Shown here in pieces: positions 28,926 through 38,258 of a stretch of 64,000 bases of DNA. The number at the start of each line of letters is the position of its first letter. Position 1 is the stretch's first letter. This DNA comes from Myxococcales bacterium (lineage in GTDB: Bacteria > Myxococcota_A > Polyangia > Polyangiales > DASUME01), in contig JASGJH010000001.1 in assembly GCA_047601445.1 (NCBI GenBank), positions 4,640,001 to 4,704,000 of the forward strand. The letters are read 5' to 3'. Both the position numbers and the translations under genes were made by a program. The notes under the pieces were generated by a model that had not been told where the DNA came from, did no database searches, and worked only from the letters and a program-made list of their open reading frames with translations.

Positions 28926-30314
28926 TCACCCGGCGGAGGAAGGGCGTGCACCCGGTGGTGGATGGTGCCCGCGCGGGCTGCCTGGCGTGCCTGCCTGACG
29001 GTCATTCAGCTGGCGCTTGACGAGGTAGTACCCGCCCCAGAAAAACACTGCCCAGGCTGCCCCCACCAGGGCCAGATAGCCCATCAAGCGGCGCAACCCG
29101 CGATCTAGCTCGGCACGCACCACGCCCAATCGTTGGTCCCCGCGCCCTTCGGGCACCAGGTTCTGCACCTCCTTCACCAGATCGTAGCTGCGTTGGCTGA
29201 GCTGATTGGAGCTGGCGAGCACGCTCTCGATGGCCGTGACCTCCTGCCCCTGCGAGTTCACACGCGACGCGAGCAGCGGAGAGAGGCGGTCGGCCAGGGG
29301 CGTGAGCGACGTGTTCAATAGGCGCACTTCCTGGGTGGCGACGGTGGCGTTCTGAGTGAGCTGTGTCAGCTCACGCACGAGTGGCTCGAGCTTGCCCGTG
29401 CGCTCGAGCAAGTCCGCGCTCTGTCCGATGATCGCGCTCGTGCGCACGAGCAGCTCCTCGGTGCGGTCGAGCAGCTTGGCCTGCCCCGCCAGCTGTCGCA
29501 CTCCATCCTGGGTCACCTCGGCGGCGCCGATACGAGCCTGGATGCGGATCAAGAAGGGCGCACGCTGCGCAAAGAACATGGCCCGCTCGCCCAGTAGCAC
29601 CGCCTCGTCGGCGGTTCGCGTCACCGATTGCACCCCTCCGAGCAAGCCCGCATCGGCGTGCTGCTCGGTGGCCTGCGTACCTGCGGTTCGAGAGAACTCG
29701 GCCAGGCGCACCATCTCCACGCGCTCTTGCCCCGGGTTCTCGGCTTGCCACTGCGCGATCAGCCCGTGCAGGCGGGTCACCTGTGCGGGCGACAGCAGCT
29801 CCTCGCCGAGCCCCCAGATCTCCGCTTCCGAGCGCTTGAGCGCCGCCAATACAGGCTCACTGGGCGGACCGAACACATCCGGCATCCAGTAACTCTCGAA
29901 CTTGCTGCGCGTGAGCTCCATGAACACCAGCAGATCGAGCAGGTTCACCAGCGGACTCTTGCCCGACACGATGTCGAGCATCGACGAGTCGTAGAGCAAC
30001 CAGCGCTTCATCAGCAGGAATTGCTTGTCCGCGTCCAGCTCCGCATAAACCTTCTCCATGGCCCACGCGGAACGGTCGAAGAATTGACCCGCGAAGCGCT
30101 GCAGCTCCTGCTGCAACTCCGCCTCGGACACCGAGCGCCCATGCTTGTTCTTGCCGACCTCGCGCGCGCCGCCCGTCTTCATGTGTGCGCAGCTGGGCTC
30201 GGCCAAGAGCACCAGCGCGCCCAAGGCCAGCGCGCCGCAGATGCGCTGCCGACGGCAGACGCCACGAGCCGAGGATGAAGGTAACGACGGAACGCTGGAT
30301 GGTGGACGCCCCAT
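28926..30314 (-). CDS. hypothetical coiled-coil exported protein with a C-terminal TM helix
   Basis: Long ORF, N-terminal hydrophobic stretch followed by Cys, C-terminal TM; start uncertain. Confidence 0.7.
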   Translation of the reverse strand: MGRPPSSVPSLPSSSARGVCRRQRICGALALGALVLLAEPSCAHMKTGGAREVGKNKHGRSVSEAELQQELQRFAGQFFDRSAWAMEKVYAELDADKQFLLMKRWLLYDSSMLDIVSGKSPLVNLLDLLVFMELTRSKFESYWMPDVFGPPSEPVLAALKRSEAEIWGLGEELLSPAQVTRLHGLIAQWQAENPGQERVEMVRLAEFSRTAGTQATEQHADAGLLGGVQSVTRTADEAVLLGERAMFFAQRAPFLIRIQARIGAAEVTQDGVRQLAGQAKLLDRTEELLVRTSAIIGQSADLLERTGKLEPLVRELTQLTQNATVATQEVRLLNTSLTPLADRLSPLLASRVNSQGQEVTAIESVLASSNQLSQRSYDLVKEVQNLVPEGRGDQRLGVVRAELDRGLRRLMGYLALVGAAWAVFFWGGYYLVKRQLNDRQAGTPGSPRGHHPPPGARPSSAG

Positions 30315-30429
30315 CCTCTAGCGTGGCTCGCCGCTTCCCTGCGCGGCAAGCCGCGCGCGACGTTCGGTTCCACAGCTCCGCACGCTCGCGCCACGCATCA
30401 AGCGCATCAGCACGCGCCCTGCATGGAAC

Positions 30430-31764
30430 TCAGTGACGGCGACGCCGCGCAATGCTCCACGCCGCCAGCAGGATGCCCGCGCCGAACAGTCCGCGCTGCG
30501 GCCCATGCGACTGCCCTGGCACATCGCAGCCGCAGCCATCGCCGTGCGAACCCGCTGCGGGACCTGCATCGGCTCCCGCATCCTCCGGCACGCTCGCGTC
30601 GGCCTGGACGCCAGCATCCAGTCCATCGGGAAAGATTTCGATCTTCCAGTCGAGCCAGGGCACGCGGCACACGCTGTCTAAATCCCCGCCGCAGGCCTTG
30701 TTCTCGCGCACGTCGGTGAACACCATGGCCTGCTCGAAGGCGTCCGAGCCCACGTGCCGCACGAACACGCCCTCGAGATTGGGCAACTGATTGGCGCAGA
30801 TCCAGAGCTCGCCCGCGTGCTCGGCCAAACATCGCACCGCCTGAAACTCCGGGTACTCGCGAGTGAAGGTCAAGCCCCCGTCTCGGGAGTGGTAGAGCCC
30901 GTCGGCTCCGAACCAAACCTCCGTGCCGTCGGCACTTGAGAGGAACGAAGTGAACGGCTTGGGTACCTCGGTGATCTGGGCGAAGGTCTGCCCCGCGTCG
31001 GTGCTGCGCCAGAGGCGCGCGCCCTCGGTCCCCGAGATGAACTCGTAGGCGAACACCACGTCGGGGTTCTGCGGGTGCACCAGCGCTGGCGTGAGGTCGC
31101 TGTCGGTCTGGCGCTGGGACCAGCTGCTGCCGCCGTCCGACGACACCAGCCACAACGACCAGATCTGCTGGGTGTCCAGGTTCAACCCGGACCCTGTTGC
31201 GTAGATGCGCTGCGCATTGGAGGGCGCCGCCAGAAGCCCAGAGTACGTATCCAGGTTGGGGAAGCGGTACAGCACGGACCAGGTCGCCCCAAAGTCCTCG
31301 CTCGCCCAGATGCCGCTGACGTCGGGCTTCGCCAGCGTGCTCAACACCAGGCGCTCCGGCTTCGCGCTCGACTCCGTCACTCCGCCGAGATAGCCACCGA
31401 GTGGAGCCATACTGGCCGCGTCGAAGCTCGTCGTGAACGAACAAGCTCCGTCCACACTCGTGAGCACCGACTTGTTGGTGGCGACCGTGAGCCCGTTGGC
31501 CCCATCGGTGGTGACCCAGGGAACCGACGTCGCCGCCTCACCATAGGCTTCGTTGCAGCGCAGGCTGAACGGCGAAGGCGAGCCCTCCGGGTTCTTGAAC
31601 ACCAACCCGCGGTTCGTCACCACGATGGGGAAGCTGCTCTCCGCATTGGGCCAGAGCAGCGCTCTGCCTGCGGGGGGTTCATGCGCGCTCGCCGTCTTTG
31701 CCCCGAGCAGGGCAAGGACGGCGGCGGTGCACACGCTTGAATGGAGGCTTCGACGGAGAGTCAC
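30430..31764 (-). CDS. BNR/Asp-box beta-propeller protein with MYXO-CTERM
   Basis: Repeated SxDxGxTW/F boxes; C-terminal GCGC + TM + RRRRH. Confidence 0.8.
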   Translation of the reverse strand: MTLRRSLHSSVCTAAVLALLGAKTASAHEPPAGRALLWPNAESSFPIVVTNRGLVFKNPEGSPSPFSLRCNEAYGEAATSVPWVTTDGANGLTVATNKSVLTSVDGACSFTTSFDAASMAPLGGYLGGVTESSAKPERLVLSTLAKPDVSGIWASEDFGATWSVLYRFPNLDTYSGLLAAPSNAQRIYATGSGLNLDTQQIWSLWLVSSDGGSSWSQRQTDSDLTPALVHPQNPDVVFAYEFISGTEGARLWRSTDAGQTFAQITEVPKPFTSFLSSADGTEVWFGADGLYHSRDGGLTFTREYPEFQAVRCLAEHAGELWICANQLPNLEGVFVRHVGSDAFEQAMVFTDVRENKACGGDLDSVCRVPWLDWKIEIFPDGLDAGVQADASVPEDAGADAGPAAGSHGDGCGCDVPGQSHGPQRGLFGAGILLAAWSIARRRRH

Positions 31765-31800
31765 TACACCTGAGGTGTACCAGCTCCGCTCGCTATCGCG

Positions 31801-33330
31801 CTACTGGATGCAGCTACCGGCGCCGCAGGAGATGCCTTCGACCACGCTTCCGAGGCAGCTACCACCACCGTGCAGGGTCTTGTCTCCGTTGAAGAGCGCG
31901 CCCTTCGGGTACGCCACGGTGAACATGTAACACATCTCAGCCGTGGTCTGCGTGCCGAAGGTCGGTGTGCTCTTGTTGTCCGCCGTGGGCGCGTAGTCGC
32001 AGCGCACCGTGATGGTGTCGCCCGAGTTGAGGGTGTAGTTCGTCGTGTACCAGGTCTGGTTCGCGAACTCGAAGTCGGCGTCGTGCATGACTTCCTTGGT
32101 GCCGCCCGAGCGGTTGATCACCGACTTCATGTGGGTGCCCTTGAGGTGCATGTGCGGCGAGATCGAGAGAATGCGAATCGGCTGCGTGGAGATCGGATCG
32201 CATGTGCCCTGGGTGTGCCAGCCGTTGATGGCATCGCTGCCGAGCCACGACACGCCGGCGATGTTCTTGGGCTTGGTCTTGTTCACGCAGATCTCGACGC
32301 CGGACGCGTCCATCGCGCTCGCATCTTTGCTGTTGTAGTGGGTCTCGAGGATGAAGCCGTCACCCTCGTTGAACTCGTAGCCGATGTCGCCCTTGTCGAT
32401 GGTGCGGAAGTCGATCAAGTCGCCGCCGGGTGCCCAGCCGTGCACGAGGTCACCGCTCGGATGCGTGCCGCTGGACTTCTCCACCGTGCCGTTGGCCTTG
32501 AGGCCCGCGCCGCCCGGCTGTTGGAACAGCAGCCAGTGGTGGATGACCTTCTTGTTGTCGATGATGGGGCGCAGGACCACGCCGTAAGCGGTGCCGGTCC
32601 AGGGCGCCTTGAAGTGGAAGTTGTAGTAGGCGTCGGAAGCCGCGCCGACCTTGAACTTGCCCGTGAGGTCGCTGGCGGAAGCGTGGGTCGTGAGCTTGTA
32701 ACACTCGAGGCCCGTGCGATCGATCTCGCAGTTGCCGTCGGGGCACTTGGCCGGCTGCACCACCGGACCGTCGCCATCACCGTCACCCGCGACGTCGCCG
32801 TCGCCGGACACGTCGCCATCGCCACTCGACGCGCAGCTCTCGGTGTTCTCGGGGGCGCCGTCGTCGAGCCACGCGTTGAGCGTGGCGCGCTCGGAGGCCG
32901 TGAGGTCCGGCTGCGGGCTCTGGGGCATCTTGCCCTTGCCCGTCTTGTTGATGCGCTCCTTCATCGCCTCCCAGACCTTCATGGAGGCGTCGTCGTCGGC
33001 GTCCGCGGTGAAGTCGCTGTACTTCACGAGCGACATGGGCGCGCCGTAAGACGGCTCGGCGCCATGACACAAGGAGCACTTGTCCTCGATGATCTTCTGG
33101 ACGTCGCACGGAATCTTGTCATCCGTGATCGGCGTCTTGCTGTCGCCGTCTCCGTCGCCATCACCATCGCCATCGCCGTCTCCGTCTCCGGAGTCGCCGT
33201 CGCCATCGCCATCCAGAGCAGGACCTACGCCGGCCGGGAGCGCGTCCTCGCCACAGCCGGACGCCAGTAGAAGCCCCACTGCCGCAGCGAACATCGCCGA
33301 GTTTGCGCTCCTGAACATCGAGTAAGCCAC
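31801..33330 (-). CDS. lipoprotein: c-type cytochrome domain fused to a copper type II (PHM/DBH-like) monooxygenase
   Basis: ASGC lipobox; CSLCH and KMP; IHHWLL, ETHY, PHMH, EMC copper ligands; GD linkers. Confidence 0.82.
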   Translation of the reverse strand: MAYSMFRSANSAMFAAAVGLLLASGCGEDALPAGVGPALDGDGDGDSGDGDGDGDGDGDGDGDSKTPITDDKIPCDVQKIIEDKCSLCHGAEPSYGAPMSLVKYSDFTADADDDASMKVWEAMKERINKTGKGKMPQSPQPDLTASERATLNAWLDDGAPENTESCASSGDGDVSGDGDVAGDGDGDGPVVQPAKCPDGNCEIDRTGLECYKLTTHASASDLTGKFKVGAASDAYYNFHFKAPWTGTAYGVVLRPIIDNKKVIHHWLLFQQPGGAGLKANGTVEKSSGTHPSGDLVHGWAPGGDLIDFRTIDKGDIGYEFNEGDGFILETHYNSKDASAMDASGVEICVNKTKPKNIAGVSWLGSDAINGWHTQGTCDPISTQPIRILSISPHMHLKGTHMKSVINRSGGTKEVMHDADFEFANQTWYTTNYTLNSGDTITVRCDYAPTADNKSTPTFGTQTTAEMCYMFTVAYPKGALFNGDKTLHGGGSCLGSVVEGISCGAGSCIQ

Positions 33331-33893
33331 GCCACACCTCCTAGGAATGCTCCGCGCACCTTGTGAGCCTGAGGGCTACACACTCTGCGCGCGCACGCTG
33401 CCACAGTGCCCTGCGACAACTCGCTGCAGGCTACAGAAGCTCATCCGGACCGCGGTTGACTCTGGGGTGCGTACGGATTGACCACGAGACGAAACAACGT
33501 TGACCAGAGAGCACGAATTCAAGTCCGAAGTGCCCTTCGGAACGTGCACACGAGAAAACTCCAAGATCGGCAAATTTCCCGACTTTTTTGCACTTCTGCA
33601 CACGATCTGCTTCGAGTGAGATCAGCGTGTAAGCACATGTGGTTTCCGCATTGACTCCCGTGACTGATCGCGCGCTACGCGCTCCTCGCTAGCTCGCACC
33701 ACGGACCACGTTTGGGGATGCTCGCGCCACGCGATGCCACGCACGAGTCATCACCCGTACGTACGCGCGGCGCGCACGTAGCGCTGCGTCGCGCAGTGCC
33801 ACCCCAACTTTGGTCGGGACCGCAGCCTGCATGGGCGGTTGTTGACGCTCCATGGTTCGCGGCGTAGACGGGGGCGGCCTGGCGGGAAGACGC

Positions 33894-34451
33894 ATGAACG
33901 ACGACTCGCGCCTCTCCAAAACCCTCAGCTACGTCCTGCGCCATCAGCCGGAGGCGTTCGGGCTCGCGCTGGATGCCGCGGGCTGGGTGGGGACCGACGA
34001 TTTGCTGGCGGCCTTACGAAGCAGGGGGCACCGGGTGTCACGGGCCGATCTCGAGCGCGTGGTACGCGCGAGCGACAAGCAACGCTTTGCCCTCAGCGAG
34101 GACGGACGCAGCATTCGAGCGAACCAGGGGCACTCCACTCCGGTCGAGCTCGGCTATGAGCCGCGCGAACCGCCGGCACGCCTCTATCACGGAACCGTCG
34201 CGCGGTTCGTCGCCTCCATCCGGATGCACGGCCTTCAAAAGGGCCAGCGGCACCACGTACATCTATCCGAGTCGCCCGAGACCGCCATCGCGGTGGGGGC
34301 TCGGCGTGGCCGGCCCGTGGTCCTGCTGATCGACGCTGCGGCCATGCACGCTGCCGGCCACTCATTCTTCTGCTCGGCGAACGGGGTATGGCTGACGGAG
34401 CAAGTGCCCGCAGCCTACGTTTTGGTTCTCGCAGAAGTCTCAGAGCGCTGA
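33894..34451 (+). CDS. kptA: RNA 2'-phosphotransferase (Tpt1/KptA)
   Basis: SKTLSYVLRH, DKQRF, IRANQGHS, LYHGT, RHHVHLS, NGVWL. Confidence 0.95.
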   Translation: MNDDSRLSKTLSYVLRHQPEAFGLALDAAGWVGTDDLLAALRSRGHRVSRADLERVVRASDKQRFALSEDGRSIRANQGHSTPVELGYEPREPPARLYHGTVARFVASIRMHGLQKGQRHHVHLSESPETAIAVGARRGRPVVLLIDAAAMHAAGHSFFCSANGVWLTEQVPAAYVLVLAEVSER

Positions 34452-34475
34452 TCGAGGTCGAGATCCATGTTGGCC

Positions 34476-34994
34476 TCACAACGCTGACAGGATGGCGCGC
34501 CCAGCCTTGCGCCACGTCGACACAGGTTGGACGCCGGGGTGTACCCGCGCGGTGTGCGGAGCGCCGAACAGGTAAAGAGCGGGAACCAGACCCAAGAGGT
34601 GCCTCAGCACGTCCATCCGATCATCCACGAAGTGGGTGATGTGGTGTTCGATGCAATGGTCTGCCTTCTGCCGGCGCTCGCGGCAGAAACGAACGTTGCT
34701 CGGCTCGATCCCCGTGAGCTCGAAGAACCGGTGGTGCGCGAACCACTTGCAGGTGCGAGCGGCGATCCTGGGCCCGGCCTTGGAGACGATCCAGACGCGT
34801 CCCTCGAAGGCGTCGGTCAAGGCCGCGAGGGTCTCGAAGCAGGCTTCGGTGGGCGGCGTCTCGAGCGCCTGGTCTTCGTGCCCCTGTAGAAAGGACGTGT
34901 CGTCTGGCCCTTCACCGGGCGCGATGATGACTCGGCCCACGTCGACCCCAAGGACCGGGAGGTCGCTCTGATATGGAGGATTGATGCGTGACAT
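34476..34994 (-). CDS. HAD-fold-like hypothetical protein
   Basis: LGVDVGRVI (DxG), IVSK, THFVDDR. Confidence 0.7.
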   Translation of the reverse strand: MSRINPPYQSDLPVLGVDVGRVIIAPGEGPDDTSFLQGHEDQALETPPTEACFETLAALTDAFEGRVWIVSKAGPRIAARTCKWFAHHRFFELTGIEPSNVRFCRERRQKADHCIEHHITHFVDDRMDVLRHLLGLVPALYLFGAPHTARVHPGVQPVSTWRKAGRAILSAL

Positions 34995-35049
34995 GGCGCG
35001 AGGATGCCCACGCCAATCATCACGCTCCACTATTCCTACTTGAGGTACT

Positions 35050-35064
35050 ATTACGATTCGTAAT
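35050..35064. promoter_or_regulatory. LysR-type operator palindrome
   Basis: ATTACGA-T-TCGTAAT (T-N11-A) overlapping the LysR start in the divergent intergenic gap. Confidence 0.6.
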
Positions 35065-35935
35065 GAATGAAGAATGGCTCCGTTCCTTCCTCGCTTTTGC
35101 CGAACACCTGAGCTTCACGACCGCCGCGGAGGCTCTGCACCTCTCGCAACCCGCCGTGCACGTGCAGGTGAAGAAGCTGTCCGATTCCCTGGGCTTCACG
35201 CTGTACCGACGAGACGGGCGCCGGCTGATCCTGACGCCGGAGGGCGAGCGCGTGTACGCATTCGGGCGAGAGCAGGCCGAACGCACCGAGCGCTTCCTGG
35301 GGGATCTGAGGGGACGCCCAGAACACCGGCCCGTCGTGTTGTCCGCAGGAGCCGGCGCGTACCAATACCTGCTGGGCGACGCGATTCGGACCTTCACCCG
35401 CTCGGGACTCGCGCCGCTTCGCCTCGCCAGCCACGATCGAGACCAGGCGGTCCGGGCAGTGCAGCGTGGAGACTCGCATCTGGGCGTGGCGGTCTTGGAG
35501 GCCACTCCCGACGAGCTCGCGTCGGAGCGACTCGTTCAAGTGGGAGCCTCCCTCGTGATGCCGAAGAGCCACCGGCTTGCGCGCAAGCGGGGCCTAACGC
35601 TCAAGGACCTCAAGGGTGAACGCCTGATCGTGCCACCCGAGGGGCGCCCGCACCGAACCATGCTGAGTCGCGCGCTGCTCTCCGCTGGCGTGCCGTGGCA
35701 ACCCGCCATCGAGGCCTCGGGGTGGGAACTGTTGATGCATTTCGCGCGGCTCGAACTCGGAATCGCCGTGGTGAACTCGTTTTGTGCGCCCCCGGCCGGC
35801 TGCGTTCGACGCGCGCTGCCAGCAATTCCCAGGGTGACCTACTCCCTCTTCCGTAACAGGACCCGCCGGATGGACGGCGCGGTAGCCGCGCTTCGCGACG
35901 CGATCATCGCGCACACGCCCAGGCTCCTGGCTTGA
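35063..35935 (+). CDS. LysR family transcriptional regulator
   Basis: SFTTAAEALHLSQPAVHVQVKKL HTH plus a substrate-binding domain. Confidence 0.92.
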   Translation: MNEEWLRSFLAFAEHLSFTTAAEALHLSQPAVHVQVKKLSDSLGFTLYRRDGRRLILTPEGERVYAFGREQAERTERFLGDLRGRPEHRPVVLSAGAGAYQYLLGDAIRTFTRSGLAPLRLASHDRDQAVRAVQRGDSHLGVAVLEATPDELASERLVQVGASLVMPKSHRLARKRGLTLKDLKGERLIVPPEGRPHRTMLSRALLSAGVPWQPAIEASGWELLMHFARLELGIAVVNSFCAPPAGCVRRALPAIPRVTYSLFRNRTRRMDGAVAALRDAIIAHTPRLLA

Positions 35936-35965
35936 AACGCCGAATGCACGCCAAATCGCGGCCAT

Positions 35966-35994
35966 TTGACGCCTTCCCCTCCCCGCCCTAACCT
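35966..35994 (+). promoter_or_regulatory. sigma70-type promoter for tRNA-Ser(TGA)
   Basis: TTGACG-17 nt-TAACCT. Confidence 0.6.
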
Positions 35995-36013
35995 CGCGCG
36001 AATTCGTACACTT

Positions 36014-36103
36014 GGAGGAGTGGCCGAGTGGTCTAAGGCAGCGGTTTTGAAAACCGCCGTGGGGGTAACCCCACCAGGGGTTCGAATCCCTTCTCCTCCG
36101 CCA
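36014..36103 (+). tRNA. tRNA-Ser(TGA)
   Basis: GCGGT-TT-TGA-AA-ACCGC anticodon arm; long variable arm; GTTCGAATC; CCA. Confidence 0.97.
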
Positions 36104-36106
36104 ACG

Positions 36107-36967
36107 TTACTTTGCGCCTGCGTTCGCGAGTTCGGCGAGGTCCTCGCTGGCGAGCGACAACGAAGCTGCCCGCATATTCTCCTCCAAGTGGGCGATGGAG
36201 CCGGTCCCCGGGATGGCGATGGTGACCGGGGACAGCTTCAGCAGCCAAGCGAGTGCGACCTGTGCGCTGGTGGCGTTGCGTCGCTTGGCGACCTCGTCCG
36301 CGGCGTGCAGGTCCGTGTAGCCACCGCCGAGTGGGAAGAACGGAGCAAAGGCGATGCCGTTCGCCGCGCACACCTCGAGCACCGCAGCTTCTTCGCGGTT
36401 GGCGACGTGAAAGTTGTTTTGCACCGCAGCCACCTGAGCGATGGCGCGGGCCTCCGCCAGCTGCGCCGCATCGACGTTGCTCAAGCCGAGGTGACGGATC
36501 AAGCCCTCCTCGCGTAGCTTCGCCAGCGCTTCGAAGCGCGCAGCGAGCGACTCGCCTCGCGGAGGCCCCTCCATGGCGCCGATGCGTAGGTAGACCAGGT
36601 CGAGGCACGAACGCCCGAGCGTCTCGAGGTTGGCCTCCACGAGTGAACGCAACTGTTCGGGAGCGGCCGCGCGTATCCCCTGCGGACCGAAGACGGGCCC
36701 CACCTTGGTCGCGATTACCAGACCGATGGGGTACGGCTGGAGCGCTTCGCGGATCAAGGTGTTGGCGCGGACGGATCCGTCGTTGCTGCGATAGAAATCG
36801 GCGGTATCGATGTGGTTGACCCCGAGCTCGAGCGCGCGACGCAGGATGGCCCGGCCAGTCTCGGGATCGCGCGGCGGCCCTTGCCAGCTGGCCGTGGGCA
36901 AGCGCATCGCGCCGAAGCCGAGCCGCTTGATGGGGAGGTCCCCGCCGAGACGAAATTCTGGACTCAT
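36107..36967 (-). CDS. aldo/keto reductase
   Basis: RLGFGAMRL, IDTADFY, IATKVG, IRHLGLSN, IPGT....HLEEN. Confidence 0.92.
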   Translation of the reverse strand: MSPEFRLGGDLPIKRLGFGAMRLPTASWQGPPRDPETGRAILRRALELGVNHIDTADFYRSNDGSVRANTLIREALQPYPIGLVIATKVGPVFGPQGIRAAAPEQLRSLVEANLETLGRSCLDLVYLRIGAMEGPPRGESLAARFEALAKLREEGLIRHLGLSNVDAAQLAEARAIAQVAAVQNNFHVANREEAAVLEVCAANGIAFAPFFPLGGGYTDLHAADEVAKRRNATSAQVALAWLLKLSPVTIAIPGTGSIAHLEENMRAASLSLASEDLAELANAGAK

Positions 36968-37004
36968 GAGCTTCTCGTTTCCTGGGAGGCTATGGTTCGG
37001 ATGT

Positions 37005-37049
37005 GGAGGCGCCTCCGGTTTCGAGAATAAACGGAGGGTCCTCCGTTTA
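37005..37049. promoter_or_regulatory. two palindromic TetR operator candidates
   Basis: GGAGG-CG-CCTCC (37005-37016) and TAAACGGAGG-GT-CCTCCGTTTA (37028-37049) between the divergent AKR and tetR genes. Confidence 0.75.
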
Positions 37050-37082
37050 CAAGTGGCCAGTGAGGGCCGGGAGCGCTGACCC

Positions 37083-37652
37083 GTGGTGAAAAAGGACGAG
37101 ACGCCCCCCACGCGCGTGCGGAGCGACGCTCAACGCAACAAGCAGGAGATCCTGTTGGCAGCGACCAGGGCGTTCAGCCTGGACGCGAACGCATCGCTCG
37201 AGGGCATCGCGAAAGCCGCAGGGGTCGGGATCGGGACGCTGTACCGGCACTACCCCACGCGTGAGGCGCTACTCGAGGCTGCTCACCGAGAGGAGATCAC
37301 CAAGCTCTGCGCGGTCGCACCGAAGCTGCTCAAGAAACATCCGCCGGACGTCGCCCTGGCTCGCTTCCTAGAACACTTTATCGATCACATGGAGTCCAGG
37401 CGCGGGATGGTCGAAGCGGTCGCCGCCGCGATCGCCGTCTCGGGGACCGAGGGCAACGAGAGCCTGGCGGTGGTCGCCGCCGCCGTGGGGCCGATCGTGG
37501 AAGCGGGCAAGGCCCAGGGCGTACTGCGCGACGACATCACCGTGCGCGACTTCATCCTCGCCAAAGGCGCCGTCGCGCGCTCCCGGCCCGAACACGCGCG
37601 GCGACTCGCGGCCATCCTGATCGACGGGCTGCGCTCCTCCGCGCCCAAGTGA
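37083..37652 (+). CDS. TetR/AcrR family regulator
   Basis: RSDAQRN, IAKAAGVGIGTLYRHYPTREAL, IDGLR. Confidence 0.92.
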   Translation: MVKKDETPPTRVRSDAQRNKQEILLAATRAFSLDANASLEGIAKAAGVGIGTLYRHYPTREALLEAAHREEITKLCAVAPKLLKKHPPDVALARFLEHFIDHMESRRGMVEAVAAAIAVSGTEGNESLAVVAAAVGPIVEAGKAQGVLRDDITVRDFILAKGAVARSRPEHARRLAAILIDGLRSSAPK

Positions 37653-37865
37653 AGCCCGTGCGCACACGGGTTCTCCCTTCTGCGCGCGGTCGCCTCCGCG
37701 CCCAAGTGAAGCCCGTGCGCACACGGGTTCTCCCTTCTGCGCGCGGTCGCCTCGCGCCCCAAGTGAAGCCCGTGCGCACACGGGTTCTCCCTTCTGCGCG
37801 CGGTCGCCTCGCGCCCCAAGTGAAGCCCGTGCGCACACGGGTTCTCCCTTCTGCGCGCGGTCGCC
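37636..37865. repeat. four tandem copies of a 57-bp unit, each with a CCCGTG-CGCA-CACGGG hairpin
   Basis: Units start at 37636, 37693, 37750 and 37807; near identical; no spacers. Confidence 0.95.
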
Positions 37866-38062
37866 ATGGGCTTTGATCCACGGTCGTACGTCTTGTGATC
37901 GCTTCGGGCGGTGGGGCCGCGAACTCGCTCCTTGGGTGCACTCGAGTTTCGCTCAGACAGCGCGGCTCAGGGGGCCGCTGAGTTGGTGGTACTTCTGTTC
38001 TGCGATTCGGCCGGGGGCGTGCCATGCGCGCAGAAGGGAGAACCCGTGTGCGCACGGGCTTC
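37822..38062 (+). repeat. element A: 241 bp with perfect 37-bp terminal inverted repeats
   Basis: 37822-37858 is the exact reverse complement of 38026-38062; core homologous to elements B and C. Confidence 0.85.
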
Positions 38063-38096
38063 CCCTGGGAGCTCGGAGTTCTCTAGCTCGAGTGAA

Positions 38097-38197
38097 CTCG
38101 AGTGGGCTCTCGGGAGCGCTCGAGTGGGCTCTCGGGTGAACTCGAGTGGGCTCTCGGGAGCGCTCGAGTGGGCTCTCGGGAGCGCTCGAGTGGGCTC
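38097..38197. repeat. about 4.6 tandem copies of the 22-mer CTCGAGTGGGCTCTCGGG(AGCG/TGAA)
   Basis: Units at 38097, 38119, 38141, 38163, with a partial unit at 38185. Confidence 0.9.
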
Positions 38198-38258
38198 CAC
38201 ATGAGCCCGGTTGAGCCAGAGAACACACGAGCACGAGGGCTCGCGGTGCGCATTCGAG

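Noticed and set aside
37636..37865. CRISPR array
   Set aside because: The units are contiguous and near identical with no unique spacers, and there are no cas genes in the window.
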